Notes under the pieces: generated by a model
Told to the model about the DNA's origin: nothing
What the model saw: the letters and a program-made list of their open reading frames with translations, nothing else
Database searches by the model: none
In this document: positions 30,829 to 41,576 of the stretch, piece by piece
How positions within the stretch are numbered: position 1 is the stretch's first letter
How the letters are laid out: each line of letters opens with the position of its first letter
Position numbers and translations under genes: made by a program
DNA from: an uncultured Gemmatimonadales bacterium
GTDB taxonomy: Bacteria; Gemmatimonadota; Gemmatimonadetes; Gemmatimonadales; GWC2-71-9
Assembly: GCA_963828735.1 (NCBI GenBank)
Contig: CAWHFW010000006.1
Span: 32,001-96,000, forward strand
Length of the DNA stretch: 64,000 nucleotides
Direction: 5' to 3'

Positions 30829-33800
30829 TAGAACTCCCGCTCCCAGAGGATGTCGAGACCGATCTGATACGGGTTGGTGCCGATCCGGGTGGACGTGGCG
30901 AACGTGTTGCACGTCTGGATCGTCGGCTCCACGGAGCTCTGCATCTTCCACTCGCGGTTGAATCGGAACTCGAAACTCGCTCCGAGGTTCTTGTAGCTCA
31001 GCTGGGTGAAATCGGGACAGAAGCCGGCATTGAGTGTCACGAACGTCTTCCTGCCGATCTGCCACCCCGCGGCCAGCTGCGTCAGGGTCCCCCCGCCCGT
31101 ATTCGTCGTGGACACTCCGGGCCGGATCTCGATGAGGTCGATCGGGACGCCGATGTCCTGAATGAGCGCCCGCTCGAGCTCGCTCGAGAGCGCGCTCGAG
31201 AAGTAGGCGAGGCTGGTCTGCACCACCCCGCCCTGCCCGACGAGCGTGGCCTCGTTCGCAGGATAGCCGGTGATGAGGTACGACACGAGGTCCGTCTCGG
31301 AAATCGGCGGCCGGATCGTGCTCGACAGGGTCAGCTTCGGCTGATACAGCGTGCCGGTGATGTTGGCGACGACCGGCACCTCGTCGCCGCGCACGCTCCG
31401 CACGGTGTGGCTTGCCTCGATGTCGAGCCCGGCGTTGAGGTCGTTCGTGTAGGTCACGTTTCCGCGCGCCACCGTGAAGTCGCGGCTCACGGGTCCGAGC
31501 TTGAGCGTGTAGGTACCGCGCGGCGCGTTGAGGGTGCCGATCGGGCTGTAAATGGCGCCAATCTTGCTCAGCCGCACGCGCCCTTCCAGCTGCACGTTCG
31601 CCTCCGCGGAGCGCAGCCAGTCGTCCGAGCCCATCTCCACCCGCAGGTCGTCGATGCGAAGGGAGTCGAGGAAGCGGTTCTGGAACTTGGCGCCGAGGTT
31701 TTCGCGCCGGATCAGCGTCGTGTCCACCAGATCCGCGATCGACGGGTCCTCGAGGTCGAGGATGCGCTTGTTGACCAGGTCGGCGAAATAGAGGACCCCG
31801 CTGTTGGCCAGCAGGCTCCCGGTGAGGGTCGCGCCGAAGACCGGGCCGCGCAGCTCGAGATCGCCGGTGCCGACCAGCGTGAGGAAGCTGCGCACGTCGA
31901 TGGCGCGGAACTGCTCGGCGTGGACGCCCAGGTTGAGCACCGGCCGCGAGAGGTTCTCGAGCCGCACCGCGCCCTCCACCTTGAGCTTTCCGCCGCCGCT
32001 CGTGGCCACCAGGTCGTGAAAACGAACCGAGTCGCCGTCGAGTAACGCGCCCCCGCGCACGCTGCCGAATCGCACGCCGAGGCCGGGGAGGGTCATGCTG
32101 CCGTTCTTGAGCTCCAGCGCTCCCGCGAGGCGCGGTCTGCCCCAGGTCCCCTCGACCTGCACGTCGGCCTTGAGCGTGCCGCCGACATGCGTGACCGCCG
32201 GGGTAATCGCCTCGAGCAGACCGAGCGAGACGCTGTCGGCATGGGCTCGAACCGAGAGGGGACCTTCGATCTGCCGCTTCTCCGCGCCGCGCAACGCGAG
32301 ATCCAGCGGCAGGTGGGCTTCCACCTGGAGCAGGTTCTCGCCGGTGCGCCACAGGTCCAGGTTCGCGTCGAGCCGGCGATCGGCGTAGTTGAGGGCCCCT
32401 TGCACGAATGGCGACTGGAAGTCGCCGAACCGGCCATCGGCCATGCGCACCTGTCCGCGCAGCGTGGGCGCCGCCGCCGTGCCGCCGAGCTGGAGATCGA
32501 CCTCGAGCTCACCGCCGACACCGAGGGTATCGCGCCCCAGCAGGCCGTAGAGGTCGTGCAGATCCAGGGCGAGGAGGTGAACGGTGAGGTCGCCGGACGC
32601 CTTGTCCGGGATCCGGCCGGCGGCCTTGAGCACGCTCGAGCCGTCCACGGCGCGGAGGGTCGTGGGCGTAACCGCCGGGGCGGAATCGCTCAGCGTCACC
32701 ACGATCGGCTCCTCCAGCCGGTATCGCCGCACCGCGAGGGTGGCCAGCAGCGTGTCCACGCCGAGGAGCTGGGCGCCTTCGCGCGCGTACCATCGGCCCG
32801 CCCCGTCGAACCGGGAGGCGGCGCCCAGGGTCGTCCCGCCGCTCCACGCGAGCGAGTCGGTGAACCCGTCGACCGCGCCGCCGAGGGACGTCAGGATCCA
32901 TTGCCCCACCCGCAGCGTGTCGGCGGCGGCGCGCGCCGTGATTCTCGGGCGCCGGCCGCCCAGCCAGTTGAAGCTGCCGGTCATCCTCGGCGATCGGACC
33001 CGCAACCACTCGACGCCGTAGGCCTCCGCGGTGCCCACGGCCTGGAGCGAGTCGAGGCTGCCGGCGAGGTCCACGCGCCCCACCGCCCGCCCGCCGAGCG
33101 GCCGCGACTCGGCGGACGTGTCCCGTGCCTGGCCGGTGACCGCGAGCAGCAGAGAATCGAAGCCGATCAGGCTGTCGGCCGCGAGGTCGAAGCGCATGCG
33201 GCCGTCGTGCGGCGCCGCCCAGCCCAGCGTGCCGGATCCGGAGGCGCGCGCGCCCTGCCATTCGGCGTACGCGGTGTCCACGCGGATCACGCTGTCGTGA
33301 ACGGAGGCCCGGCCGTACAGGCTGTCGATGGTCCACTCGCGCACGCGACTCCGTCCGAGCGCGAGCTCGAGGTCCCCCTCGGGCGCCCGCAGCGTGTCGA
33401 TGCTTCCCGTGGCGTGGAGCCGTCCGGCCAGCGCCGTGGTGAGCTTCCCGCCCGACAGCCGGGCAAGGTCGAGGCGGGTGAAGGCGAGCTGCAGGTCCTC
33501 GGCGCCCCAGTGCGGCGGAAGCAGCGTGACGTATCCCCGCGCGGTCACGTCGCCGAGATCGCCCCGGAGATCCGCGTCGACCGAGAGCCGGCTGAGCTTG
33601 CCCTCGCCCCGGAAGGGCCCGCGCAGGTCGCCCGTGGCCTTGAGCGTTGGGAACGCGCGGCGAATGCCCTCGAACGAGAGCGGCTCGAAGGTGACGTCCG
33701 TCGAGAGCGACAGCGAGTCGAACCGGGTATCGAGATAGAGGGTCCCCGTCGCCGTGCTGGACGGGCGGTCGCCGTCGCGCTGGGTCGCGGTGCCGCGAAA

Positions 33801-35222
33801 GGTCACGTTGTGCAGCGGACCGTCCAGCGTGCCGGCGGCGGCGAGGCGGCCCTCGAGGATCACCGCGGGCGCCAGCCGGCGGACCGAATGGAGGTCCACG
33901 TCGGAGCGCCGCACCACGAAGTTGGTGAACGTGAGGCCGCTGTCGCGCGTCGACCCGGCGATCCCTTCACCCGCGATCCTGGACACCGGCTGCCCCGGCA
34001 CCTTCGCGTCGGCGAAGATCCAGTCGATCGTGATGTCCATCGCATCGAGAAAGCCCGCGCCCGCGATGGTCCCGCTCAGGGTGCCGAAGAATGGCAACGA
34101 ATCGACGTACGCCCGCGCCGCGTCGAGATTCAGATTCTTGAGGGTGACGCGCATGTCGCGGAATCCGAGGCCGCGCTTCCGGTCGGTGATGGCGACGAGG
34201 TCGCCGTCGATCCGCTGGTCGCCGTTCTGGAGATGCAGCTCGCGGATGTCGTAGGCGGTCCGCGCGCCGGTTTCCGACTTGGCGGCGAGCACGCCGCTCC
34301 CGGTCATCGCCGGGAAGTCGGGCGAGACCCAGTGCAGATCGTCCAGGTTCACCTGGGGCGAGGTGACCTGGAAATCGAACAGCGTGGTGTCGTGCGGCCA
34401 GGTGACGGCGCCGCCGCCCGAGAAGCGCGTGTCCGGCAGCGCGCCGCGCGACAGGCCGAAGATCAGGCTGTCGGCGTGCAGCCGCACCCGGCCCACCGCG
34501 TCGGTCAGGGTCACGGCCGGATCGCTCACCCGGGTCGCCAGCGAGTCGATGTCGGCGGTGAACGGCTTGCGGTCGGGCGTGGTGATTCGAAGCCGGGCGA
34601 AGCGCGCATTGAGGTCCGACAGCAGGATCACCCGCCGAAGGCCGTCGTAACCCTCCTCGATGACGCGCCCCGGCTTGGCGCGCTCCGCCGCCAGGGCCGA
34701 GTCGCGCTGGACGTCGGTCCGGAGCGACCGATCGGGATTCCACGGCAACGCGATGCGCAGCGTGCCCCCGGTCACCCGCACCTTGTAGAAATCGATCAGG
34801 GGAGACGCGCCGCCGCCCGGCCCCTTCTTGAGGCCGAGCACTTCCTCGAAGTTCATCCGGCCGTTGCGCAGCTTGATGAGCTGGAGCGTCGGGTGATCGA
34901 GCGTCACGCTGCTCAGCAGGATCTGCTTCGCGAGGAGGTTGGGCAGTCGGTAGGTCACCCGCACGCGCGGAAGATCGGCGAGCAGCGCGCCCGTGGTGTC
35001 GCGCACGACCAGGTCCTGGAGCGTCAGGTCGTAGAGGAACGAGCCCGAGATCGCCCCCACCTTCACCTGCCCGATCACCACGCGGTCGAGCGCGTTGGAG
35101 ACGGTCCGCGCGAGCAGTCTTCGTCCCGGCGGCGTGAGCGTCATCGACGACACCACGCCCAGCACCATCGCGAGGGTGCCGAGGAGGAAGACGAAGAAGA
35201 AGCGCGCGAGTCGCCGGCGCAT
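30828..35222 (-). CDS. tamB: TamB/AsmA-like translocation and assembly module protein
   Basis: 1464 aa, N-terminal TM anchor, beta-taco-like repeats, DUF490-like C-terminus ending WEREF; directly after an Omp85 gene. Confidence 0.85.
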   Translation of the reverse strand: MRRRLARFFFVFLLGTLAMVLGVVSSMTLTPPGRRLLARTVSNALDRVVIGQVKVGAISGSFLYDLTLQDLVVRDTTGALLADLPRVRVTYRLPNLLAKQILLSSVTLDHPTLQLIKLRNGRMNFEEVLGLKKGPGGGASPLIDFYKVRVTGGTLRIALPWNPDRSLRTDVQRDSALAAERAKPGRVIEEGYDGLRRVILLSDLNARFARLRITTPDRKPFTADIDSLATRVSDPAVTLTDAVGRVRLHADSLIFGLSRGALPDTRFSGGGAVTWPHDTTLFDFQVTSPQVNLDDLHWVSPDFPAMTGSGVLAAKSETGARTAYDIRELHLQNGDQRIDGDLVAITDRKRGLGFRDMRVTLKNLNLDAARAYVDSLPFFGTLSGTIAGAGFLDAMDITIDWIFADAKVPGQPVSRIAGEGIAGSTRDSGLTFTNFVVRRSDVDLHSVRRLAPAVILEGRLAAAGTLDGPLHNVTFRGTATQRDGDRPSSTATGTLYLDTRFDSLSLSTDVTFEPLSFEGIRRAFPTLKATGDLRGPFRGEGKLSRLSVDADLRGDLGDVTARGYVTLLPPHWGAEDLQLAFTRLDLARLSGGKLTTALAGRLHATGSIDTLRAPEGDLELALGRSRVREWTIDSLYGRASVHDSVIRVDTAYAEWQGARASGSGTLGWAAPHDGRMRFDLAADSLIGFDSLLLAVTGQARDTSAESRPLGGRAVGRVDLAGSLDSLQAVGTAEAYGVEWLRVRSPRMTGSFNWLGGRRPRITARAAADTLRVGQWILTSLGGAVDGFTDSLAWSGGTTLGAASRFDGAGRWYAREGAQLLGVDTLLATLAVRRYRLEEPIVVTLSDSAPAVTPTTLRAVDGSSVLKAAGRIPDKASGDLTVHLLALDLHDLYGLLGRDTLGVGGELEVDLQLGGTAAAPTLRGQVRMADGRFGDFQSPFVQGALNYADRRLDANLDLWRTGENLLQVEAHLPLDLALRGAEKRQIEGPLSVRAHADSVSLGLLEAITPAVTHVGGTLKADVQVEGTWGRPRLAGALELKNGSMTLPGLGVRFGSVRGGALLDGDSVRFHDLVATSGGGKLKVEGAVRLENLSRPVLNLGVHAEQFRAIDVRSFLTLVGTGDLELRGPVFGATLTGSLLANSGVLYFADLVNKRILDLEDPSIADLVDTTLIRRENLGAKFQNRFLDSLRIDDLRVEMGSDDWLRSAEANVQLEGRVRLSKIGAIYSPIGTLNAPRGTYTLKLGPVSRDFTVARGNVTYTNDLNAGLDIEASHTVRSVRGDEVPVVANITGTLYQPKLTLSSTIRPPISETDLVSYLITGYPANEATLVGQGGVVQTSLAYFSSALSSELERALIQDIGVPIDLIEIRPGVSTTNTGGGTLTQLAAGWQIGRKTFVTLNAGFCPDFTQLSYKNLGASFEFRFNREWKMQSSVEPTIQTCNTFATSTRIGTNPYQIGLDILWEREF

Positions 35223-37333
35223 CAGAACGGCTGGCCGACGGCGAAGTGGAGGGTGAACCTGCTGCTGCGGTCCTTGACGTACGAATCCTGGATGGGCGTG
35301 AGATTGCCCAGGGTGTCCACTTGAAAGAGCGTGCCCGACTGCAGGCGATAGGGGTTGTACGCCACGTCCAGTCGCGCGGGACCGAGCGGGGTGGTGAGCC
35401 GAATGCCGGCGCCGGGCGTCACGCGGATCGCGGCGGCGTTCCCGCTGCCGCGATCCCAGACGCCGCCCGCGTCGACGAACGCCGCCAGCCGGAGGCGGGA
35501 GCTGAACACGGGCGAAGGCACGCGGAGCTCCATGTTGCCGACCACGAGGGTGTTGCCGCCGGTGGCATTGACCGTGACGCGATTGGGGTCGATCTCCCGC
35601 CCGGCGGCCGCGGCGCTGTCCACCTCCCCTTGCGAGACCACGTAGACGACCGCGCCGAGCTCGTTCCGCTCGAAGCCGCGGACATCGTTCGGGCCGCCGG
35701 CGTAGAATCGCTGATCCGGCGGAATGAAGTTGCCGCTCTGGGTGGCGACGTCCACCGTCGGCGCGAAGATCGCCCCGCCGCGCACCCGCCAGCTGAAGAC
35801 CACGTCCCGCGCGATCGGCCGATACCAGGAATAGTCCGCGGACACCCGGAAGAACTGCTGGAACGAGCTCGAGCCGAGCAGCTGGGAGCTCCAGGTCACC
35901 TCGGCTGACGTGATCGAGCCGCGCGACGGATCGAGCGGGCTGTTGATCCGCGGGACGGTGGCCGTGGCGCCGAGCGTCGCCAGCACCGCGTTCTGGCTCA
36001 GCAACGAGACCAGGTCGGGAGTGCAGGCGTTGAAGGAGGCGCAGAAGCTCTCGGGCGTGGCCTCGGTGTGCCCGTAGGACAGCGTGTACCCCAGCGAGAT
36101 CGGGATGCGTTGCTTCGGCGTCTCGCGCCGCAGCGTGAGCGACGTGCCCGTCTCCTCGCGGAGATAGACCTTGAATTCCGAGCGACGCTCGGTGAACAAG
36201 GACACCGAGATGGTGTTGTTGGGCGAGAGAAACGCGGGCCGCCGGACGGACGCGCTCAGGGTAAAGTTCACCTTGGCCGAGCCGACCGAGTCCTCCCGGG
36301 AGTTGCCACAGATGCTGCGATCGAGCCCCCAGTCGAAGGGCGTTCCCACGCCGACCTTGGAGATCCGGCCGGTGAGGTCGAGGATGCGGCCACCGCTCCC
36401 CAGGAAATTGCGCGTGGTCCAGCCGGCGGAGCCCCGGAAGCAGTCATCCGTGGCGTAGCCTAGGCCGCCGCGCACGCGACGGCGCCTGGCTTCGCTCACC
36501 TGCACCGCGAGCGGCACCGAGTCGGCCGCCGGGTCGAACCCCGCGCTGTCGATGTTGACGGTGGCGTAGCGGAACAGGTCGGAGGAGTAGAGGTTGCGCT
36601 GGCTCTGGTACAGCTCGTCCTGCGAGTACGTGCGCCCCGGCCGCGAGATGAGCAGGTTGCGAACGACCAGCGGCTCGATCCGGTTGACACCGATCACGTT
36701 GACCGTGCCGATGGCCATGCCCTTCCCCGGCACGACGTCGTAGGTGAGGGTCGCCGTCTCGGCGTCCCTATTGGTCTCGAAGCTGGTGAACACCCGCGCC
36801 GCCGGCCGGCCGCGGTCCTTGAGCCGGCGGGTGATGGTGTCGGCCGTGGCCTGCATGATGAAGCGGTTGAACGGGTCGCCCGCCTGGATCGGGAGGTCCA
36901 CGAGCGTCTCCCGCCGGAGCTTCTCCGGGAGCGTGTCGAGGCCGGTGACGGTCAGGCTCGTCACCCGGATCGGCTCGCCCTCGCGGATCTTCAGCGTGAT
37001 GTAGACGTTGGTGGGCTCCCGCCTAACGACGGTGTCCATCTCGGCGTGCGGGTACCCGCTCCGGCGGTAGAGCACCTGCAGGCGAACCACGTCGCGCTTG
37101 AACTCCTGCTCGTCGAAATAGCGCTTCTCGCCAAGCCCGAGCCAGCGAAAGGGGATGACGCGCGCGAACCAGCTCGAGTTGGTCGTGGCGATGGCGCTCG
37201 CCAGGACTTCGCTGCTGAGCGCGCTGTTGCCGTCGAAGCGAAGCTGACGGACGACCCGAGGGGTCTCCTGCGCACCGAGGGGGACGGCGGCCGCGAGGAG
37301 CAATGCAAGTGCGACCGCGGCCACGCCCCTCAC
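35222..37333 (-). CDS. tamA: BamA/TamA (Omp85) outer membrane protein
   Basis: POTRA repeats (FDGNSALS, LYRRSGY), RFYAGGPNDVRGF, TPLGPARLDVAY, C-terminal FAVGQPF; start uncertain. Confidence 0.88.
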   Translation of the reverse strand: MRGVAAVALALLLAAAVPLGAQETPRVVRQLRFDGNSALSSEVLASAIATTNSSWFARVIPFRWLGLGEKRYFDEQEFKRDVVRLQVLYRRSGYPHAEMDTVVRREPTNVYITLKIREGEPIRVTSLTVTGLDTLPEKLRRETLVDLPIQAGDPFNRFIMQATADTITRRLKDRGRPAARVFTSFETNRDAETATLTYDVVPGKGMAIGTVNVIGVNRIEPLVVRNLLISRPGRTYSQDELYQSQRNLYSSDLFRYATVNIDSAGFDPAADSVPLAVQVSEARRRRVRGGLGYATDDCFRGSAGWTTRNFLGSGGRILDLTGRISKVGVGTPFDWGLDRSICGNSREDSVGSAKVNFTLSASVRRPAFLSPNNTISVSLFTERRSEFKVYLREETGTSLTLRRETPKQRIPISLGYTLSYGHTEATPESFCASFNACTPDLVSLLSQNAVLATLGATATVPRINSPLDPSRGSITSAEVTWSSQLLGSSSFQQFFRVSADYSWYRPIARDVVFSWRVRGGAIFAPTVDVATQSGNFIPPDQRFYAGGPNDVRGFERNELGAVVYVVSQGEVDSAAAAGREIDPNRVTVNATGGNTLVVGNMELRVPSPVFSSRLRLAAFVDAGGVWDRGSGNAAAIRVTPGAGIRLTTPLGPARLDVAYNPYRLQSGTLFQVDTLGNLTPIQDSYVKDRSSRFTLHFAVGQPF

Positions 37334-37495
37334 TGAGGCTCCTTGGCCGGGCGACGAGGGACGCGTGGAAGCGGCGCGATTGACGACATGCTCTAAGCCC
37401 GGTAGTTTGACCACCTTACGCCTTCATGTCAACGTGCGAAGGGGCTTGGTCCCCTTCGGACATGCCGATAGTCCTCCGGGGCTCCGCCCCTCGCG

Positions 37496-39079
37496 GTGCG
37501 GCTCCCCCGTCTGCATACGGGCCCTGTCATTCACCTCATCCGCCGACCGCTGCTCTCGGGCCTGCTCGTCCTGGCCACCGCCTGCGCGGTGGGGGACTCT
37601 GGCCACCCGAACGGGCTCGTCTATTACCTGAGCGCCGACCCCGCCTCGCTCGACCCCGCCGTGTCGAGCGACGTGCAGAGCGGCGAGATGGTGGCGCTGC
37701 TGTTCGACAACCTGGTCCAGTTCGACCCGGACGCGCGGCTCCAGCCGGGACTTGCCACGCGGTGGGAGTCCGACGCGTCGGGCATCCGGTACACCTTTCA
37801 CCTTCGCTCCGGCGCGACCTTCCACGACGGCCGCGCGATCGACGCCCGCTCCGTACGGGCCTCGCTCGTGCGCGCGCTCGCGCCCGGCTCGAGGGCCGCC
37901 CGCCAGTGGCCGCTCTTTCCCATCGAGGGCGCGCGCGACTACGCCGCCGGGAAGGCGAAAAACGTGAGGGGCATCGCCGTGCCGGACGACAGCACCATCG
38001 TGTTCACGCTGAGCGAGCCGCTCAACATCTTTCCCAAGTTCCTGGCGATGCCCGTGGCGGCCATCGTGCCCGCGCCGACGCCGGCCGGGTTCGATCAGGC
38101 GCCGGTGGGCAGCGGCCCCTGGCGGTTCGTCTCGTGGTCGCACGATGACGCGATGGTCTTCGCGCGGAATCCCACGTACTGGGCCGGGCCGCCCAAGGAG
38201 GACACGCTCACGGTGCGCATCATTCCGGAGGCGCTCACGGAGGCCGCCGAATACGAGACCGGCAACCTCGACGTGGTCGAGATTCCGTTCAGCGAGACCC
38301 GGCGCTGGGAGATGGCCCATCCGGACGAGCTCCAGCGCCGCCCGACGATCCGCGACTTCTACATCGCGATCAACACGACCCGGGGACCGCTCAAGGATGT
38401 GCGCGTGCGGCGCGCGCTCAACCTGGCCACCGACGTCGGCACGCTGCTCCGCACGGTCATGGCCGACCGCGGCGTGCGTGCGGCCGGCGCGATCCCGCCA
38501 GGCATCCTCGGCTTCGATTCGACGCGAGCGCCGTATCCGTGGGACACGGCGGGCGCGCGACGGCTCCTCGCCGAGGCGGGCTACGCCAAGGGGTTCAGGC
38601 TCCAGCTCTGGCGGAGCAAGCGCTCGGAGCTCGCGCGCATCGCGCAGTCGGTGCAGCAGGATCTGGCCCTCGTCGGCATTCAGGTGGAGATCGTGGAGCG
38701 CGACGCGCCGAGCGTGCGCGCGACGGTCCGCAACGGCGGCGCCGACCTCTACCTCGGCGACTGGTATGCCGACTATCCCGACCCCGAGAACTTCTCGTTC
38801 CCGCTGTTCCACTCGAGCAACAAGGGCACGGGGGGCAACTACGCCTTCCTGAGCGACACGGCGCTCGATGCGATGATCATCCGCTCCCGGACCACGTCCG
38901 ATACCCTGGAGAAGGCGCGGCTGGCGCGGGAGATCGACGCGCGCGTCTTCGACCTCGCGCCGTGGATCTTCCTCTGGTTTCCCATCGACGTCTGGGCCAT
39001 GCAGCGCGACGTGAAGGGCTGGCGCATCCCGGCCGTCTTCACCGGCCAGCGGTGGATGCAGGCGGAGCGGATCAAGTGA
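37496..39079 (+). CDS. Peptide ABC transporter substrate-binding lipoprotein (family 5)
   Basis: Lipobox ATAC, SLDPA, PGLATRW, YTFHLR..FHDG, PVGSGPW, VRVRRAL; start uncertain. Confidence 0.92.
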   Translation: MRLPRLHTGPVIHLIRRPLLSGLLVLATACAVGDSGHPNGLVYYLSADPASLDPAVSSDVQSGEMVALLFDNLVQFDPDARLQPGLATRWESDASGIRYTFHLRSGATFHDGRAIDARSVRASLVRALAPGSRAARQWPLFPIEGARDYAAGKAKNVRGIAVPDDSTIVFTLSEPLNIFPKFLAMPVAAIVPAPTPAGFDQAPVGSGPWRFVSWSHDDAMVFARNPTYWAGPPKEDTLTVRIIPEALTEAAEYETGNLDVVEIPFSETRRWEMAHPDELQRRPTIRDFYIAINTTRGPLKDVRVRRALNLATDVGTLLRTVMADRGVRAAGAIPPGILGFDSTRAPYPWDTAGARRLLAEAGYAKGFRLQLWRSKRSELARIAQSVQQDLALVGIQVEIVERDAPSVRATVRNGGADLYLGDWYADYPDPENFSFPLFHSSNKGTGGNYAFLSDTALDAMIIRSRTTSDTLEKARLAREIDARVFDLAPWIFLWFPIDVWAMQRDVKGWRIPAVFTGQRWMQAERIK

Positions 39080-39996
39080 CGCGCTTCCTGCTCTCCCGGC
39101 TCGCGCTGCTGGTCCCGACCCTGCTCGGCGTGCTGGCCGTGACGTTCCTTCTTCTCTACGTCGCACCGGGCGATCCGGTGCAGGCCATGGTGGGAGAGCG
39201 GGCCGACCCCGAGACGATCGCGCGGCTCCGGGCGGAGCTTCATCTCGACGACCCGCTGCCGCTCCAGTTCGTGCGCTACGTCGGCGGTGTCGCTCGCGGG
39301 GATCTCGGCACCAGCTACATCACCCGCCGGCCGATTCTCGGAGACCTGCTCCAGCGCTTCCCCGCGACCCTGCAGCTCGCCGGCGCGGCCATGCTGTTCG
39401 CCGCCGTAACGGGCATCGCCATCGGCGTCTACAGCGCGTGGCGTCCGGGGAGCTGGGCCGACCGCCTCAGTGCGCTGGGCGCGTACCTGGGCGTCTCGTT
39501 TCCGGTCTACTGGGTCGGACTGCTGCTGATCATGGTGTTCGCGGTGACGCTCCGCTGGCTGCCGCCGTCCGGGGCGCGCGGCCCCGTCTATCTCATCCTG
39601 CCCGCGCTCACGCTCGGGATGCGCTCGGTGGCCTTTCTCTCGCGCATGACCCGCGCGGCAATGCAGGAGGTCCTCCGGAGCGACTTCGTCCGCACGGCCC
39701 GGGCCAAGGGACTGGGCGAGGGACGCGTGGTCCTGCGCCACGCGTTCCGGAATGCGCTCCTGCCCGTCCTGACGGTGCTGGGGCTCGACTTCGGCAGCTA
39801 CCTCACGGGATCCATCCTGACCGAGACGATCTTCTCCTGGCCGGGCGTGGGGCGGTATGTCCTCACAGCCATCGACAAGCGTGACCTCCCCGCGGTACAG
39901 GGGAGCATTCTCTTCCTGAGTCTGGTGTTCGTGCTGGTGAACCTGCTGACGGACGTGCTCTATGCGCGGGTGGACCCCCGGGTGTCCTATGACTGA
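39076..39996 (+). CDS. Peptide ABC transporter permease (DppB/OppB-like)
   Basis: APGDP, GDLGTSY, FVRTARAKGL, HAFRNALLP, ETIFSWPGVG. Confidence 0.93.
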   Translation: MTRFLLSRLALLVPTLLGVLAVTFLLLYVAPGDPVQAMVGERADPETIARLRAELHLDDPLPLQFVRYVGGVARGDLGTSYITRRPILGDLLQRFPATLQLAGAAMLFAAVTGIAIGVYSAWRPGSWADRLSALGAYLGVSFPVYWVGLLLIMVFAVTLRWLPPSGARGPVYLILPALTLGMRSVAFLSRMTRAAMQEVLRSDFVRTARAKGLGEGRVVLRHAFRNALLPVLTVLGLDFGSYLTGSILTETIFSWPGVGRYVLTAIDKRDLPAVQGSILFLSLVFVLVNLLTDVLYARVDPRVSYD

Positions 39997-41576
39997 AGGG
40001 ACCGCGATGACGGTGCGCAGCGAGAGGAGGGCCGGTGTGGGAGTCACCCACGGCGGAGCGACGGCCCCAGGGCGGCGCCTCTCCGTCCTGAAGGCGGGCG
40101 TGGCCGTCGCTCTCCTGCAGCTCTTCCCCATCCTCACCGCGCTCTCCGCCCAGTCCCTCACTCACCGGCTCGACCGCCGCCTCGACGCGCCACCGATGGA
40201 CCGGAGCCTCTGGGGCGTGGCGGTCGTGGACGAGAAGGGGTCCGTGCGGTACGGACGGAACCAGCGTCAGCTGTTCATCCCCGCAAGCAACACCAAGATC
40301 GTGGTGGCGGCGGTGGCCTCGGCGTTGCTGCCGCCGGACTGGACCGTGAAGACGAGCCTCTACGCGGACGGGCCGGTGGCCAACGGTGTGGTGCAGGGCG
40401 ACCTGGTGCTCTACGGCCGGGGCGATCCCACCTTCGGCAAGCGCTGCTTCTCGACCGACACGATGCGTGAAGGCGCATGCGAGACCGACTCGTTCACGCG
40501 CCTTCGCCAGCTGGTCGAAGGACTGCGCGCGCGCGGCATCCACGAGGTCCACGGCGACCTCGTCGGCGACGGCAGCTACTTCGAGCCGACCACCGTACAC
40601 CCGGGCTGGGAGGCGTTCGATCTCAACTGGTGGTACGCCGCGCCCGTCTCGGCGCTGGGCTTCAACGACAACAGCGTCGACTTCGACTGGGGGCCCGGCA
40701 CGGCTCCCGGCGCGCCGGCGCTGATCACGATGTCGCCGGACGTGGGTGACTTGACCTTCGAGAACCGCACGGTGACGGTGGCCCGCGGGCGGCGAGTCGG
40801 ACATCGGCGACCGCTTCTACCGCGAGCCCGGCACGCTGCACGTCTGGGCGGAAGGCACGGTGGCGCTCGATCAGCCGACGCGGACCGAATCGTTCGCGAT
40901 GCCGGACCCCAACCTCTATACCGCTCGGGCGTTGCGGCAGGTTCTGGCCGAGGCGGGCATCGCCATCACCGGCACCACCCGCTCGACTACCGACTCGATG
41001 CAATATCGGCAAGCCCGGAGCGCACCAGCGCTCGCCGAGATCAGCTCGCGTCCATTCCGCGAATGGGTGTTCCCGATCCTCAACCGGAGTCAGAACTGGT
41101 TCGCCGAGATGGTGCTCAAGCAGCTCGGACGCCAGTTGGGCCGCGCGGGCTCGTGGGACGAGGGATTGGCGGTGGAGCGTCGCTTCCTGATCGATTCGGT
41201 CCGGGTGGACTCGACCGAGTTCAGGCTGCAGGACGGCTCGGGCCTCTCGAGCGGGAACCTGGTGAGTCCGCTCGCCTTTACGAAGATCCTGCGCTTCATA
41301 CGGTCGCACCCGCGCGCGCCCACCTTTCTCGCCGGGCTGCCGCAGTCGGGCGGCGTGGGCTCGCTTCGAAGCCGCTTCGTCGGGACGCCACTCGAGGGGC
41401 GGGTACGCGCGAAGGACGGAAGCATCGGCGGAGTGAACTCCCTTTCAGGGTTCATCGAGCGGGCCGACGGCCGCGTGTGGACATTCTCGGTGCAGGCGAA
41501 CCACCACACGCAGTCCGGGCGTACCGCGATCATGGCGATCGACAGCATCGTGGTGGAGATGGGTCGGGGGAAGTAG
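39989..41576 (+). pseudogene. dacB: D-Ala-D-Ala carboxypeptidase/endopeptidase PBP4 (S13), frameshift near 40785 (probably a sequencing error)
   Basis: PASNTK (SxxK) and GRGDP in ORF 39962; SQNWFAE (SxN), DGSGLS and AKDGS in ORF 40860..41576. Confidence 0.88.
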
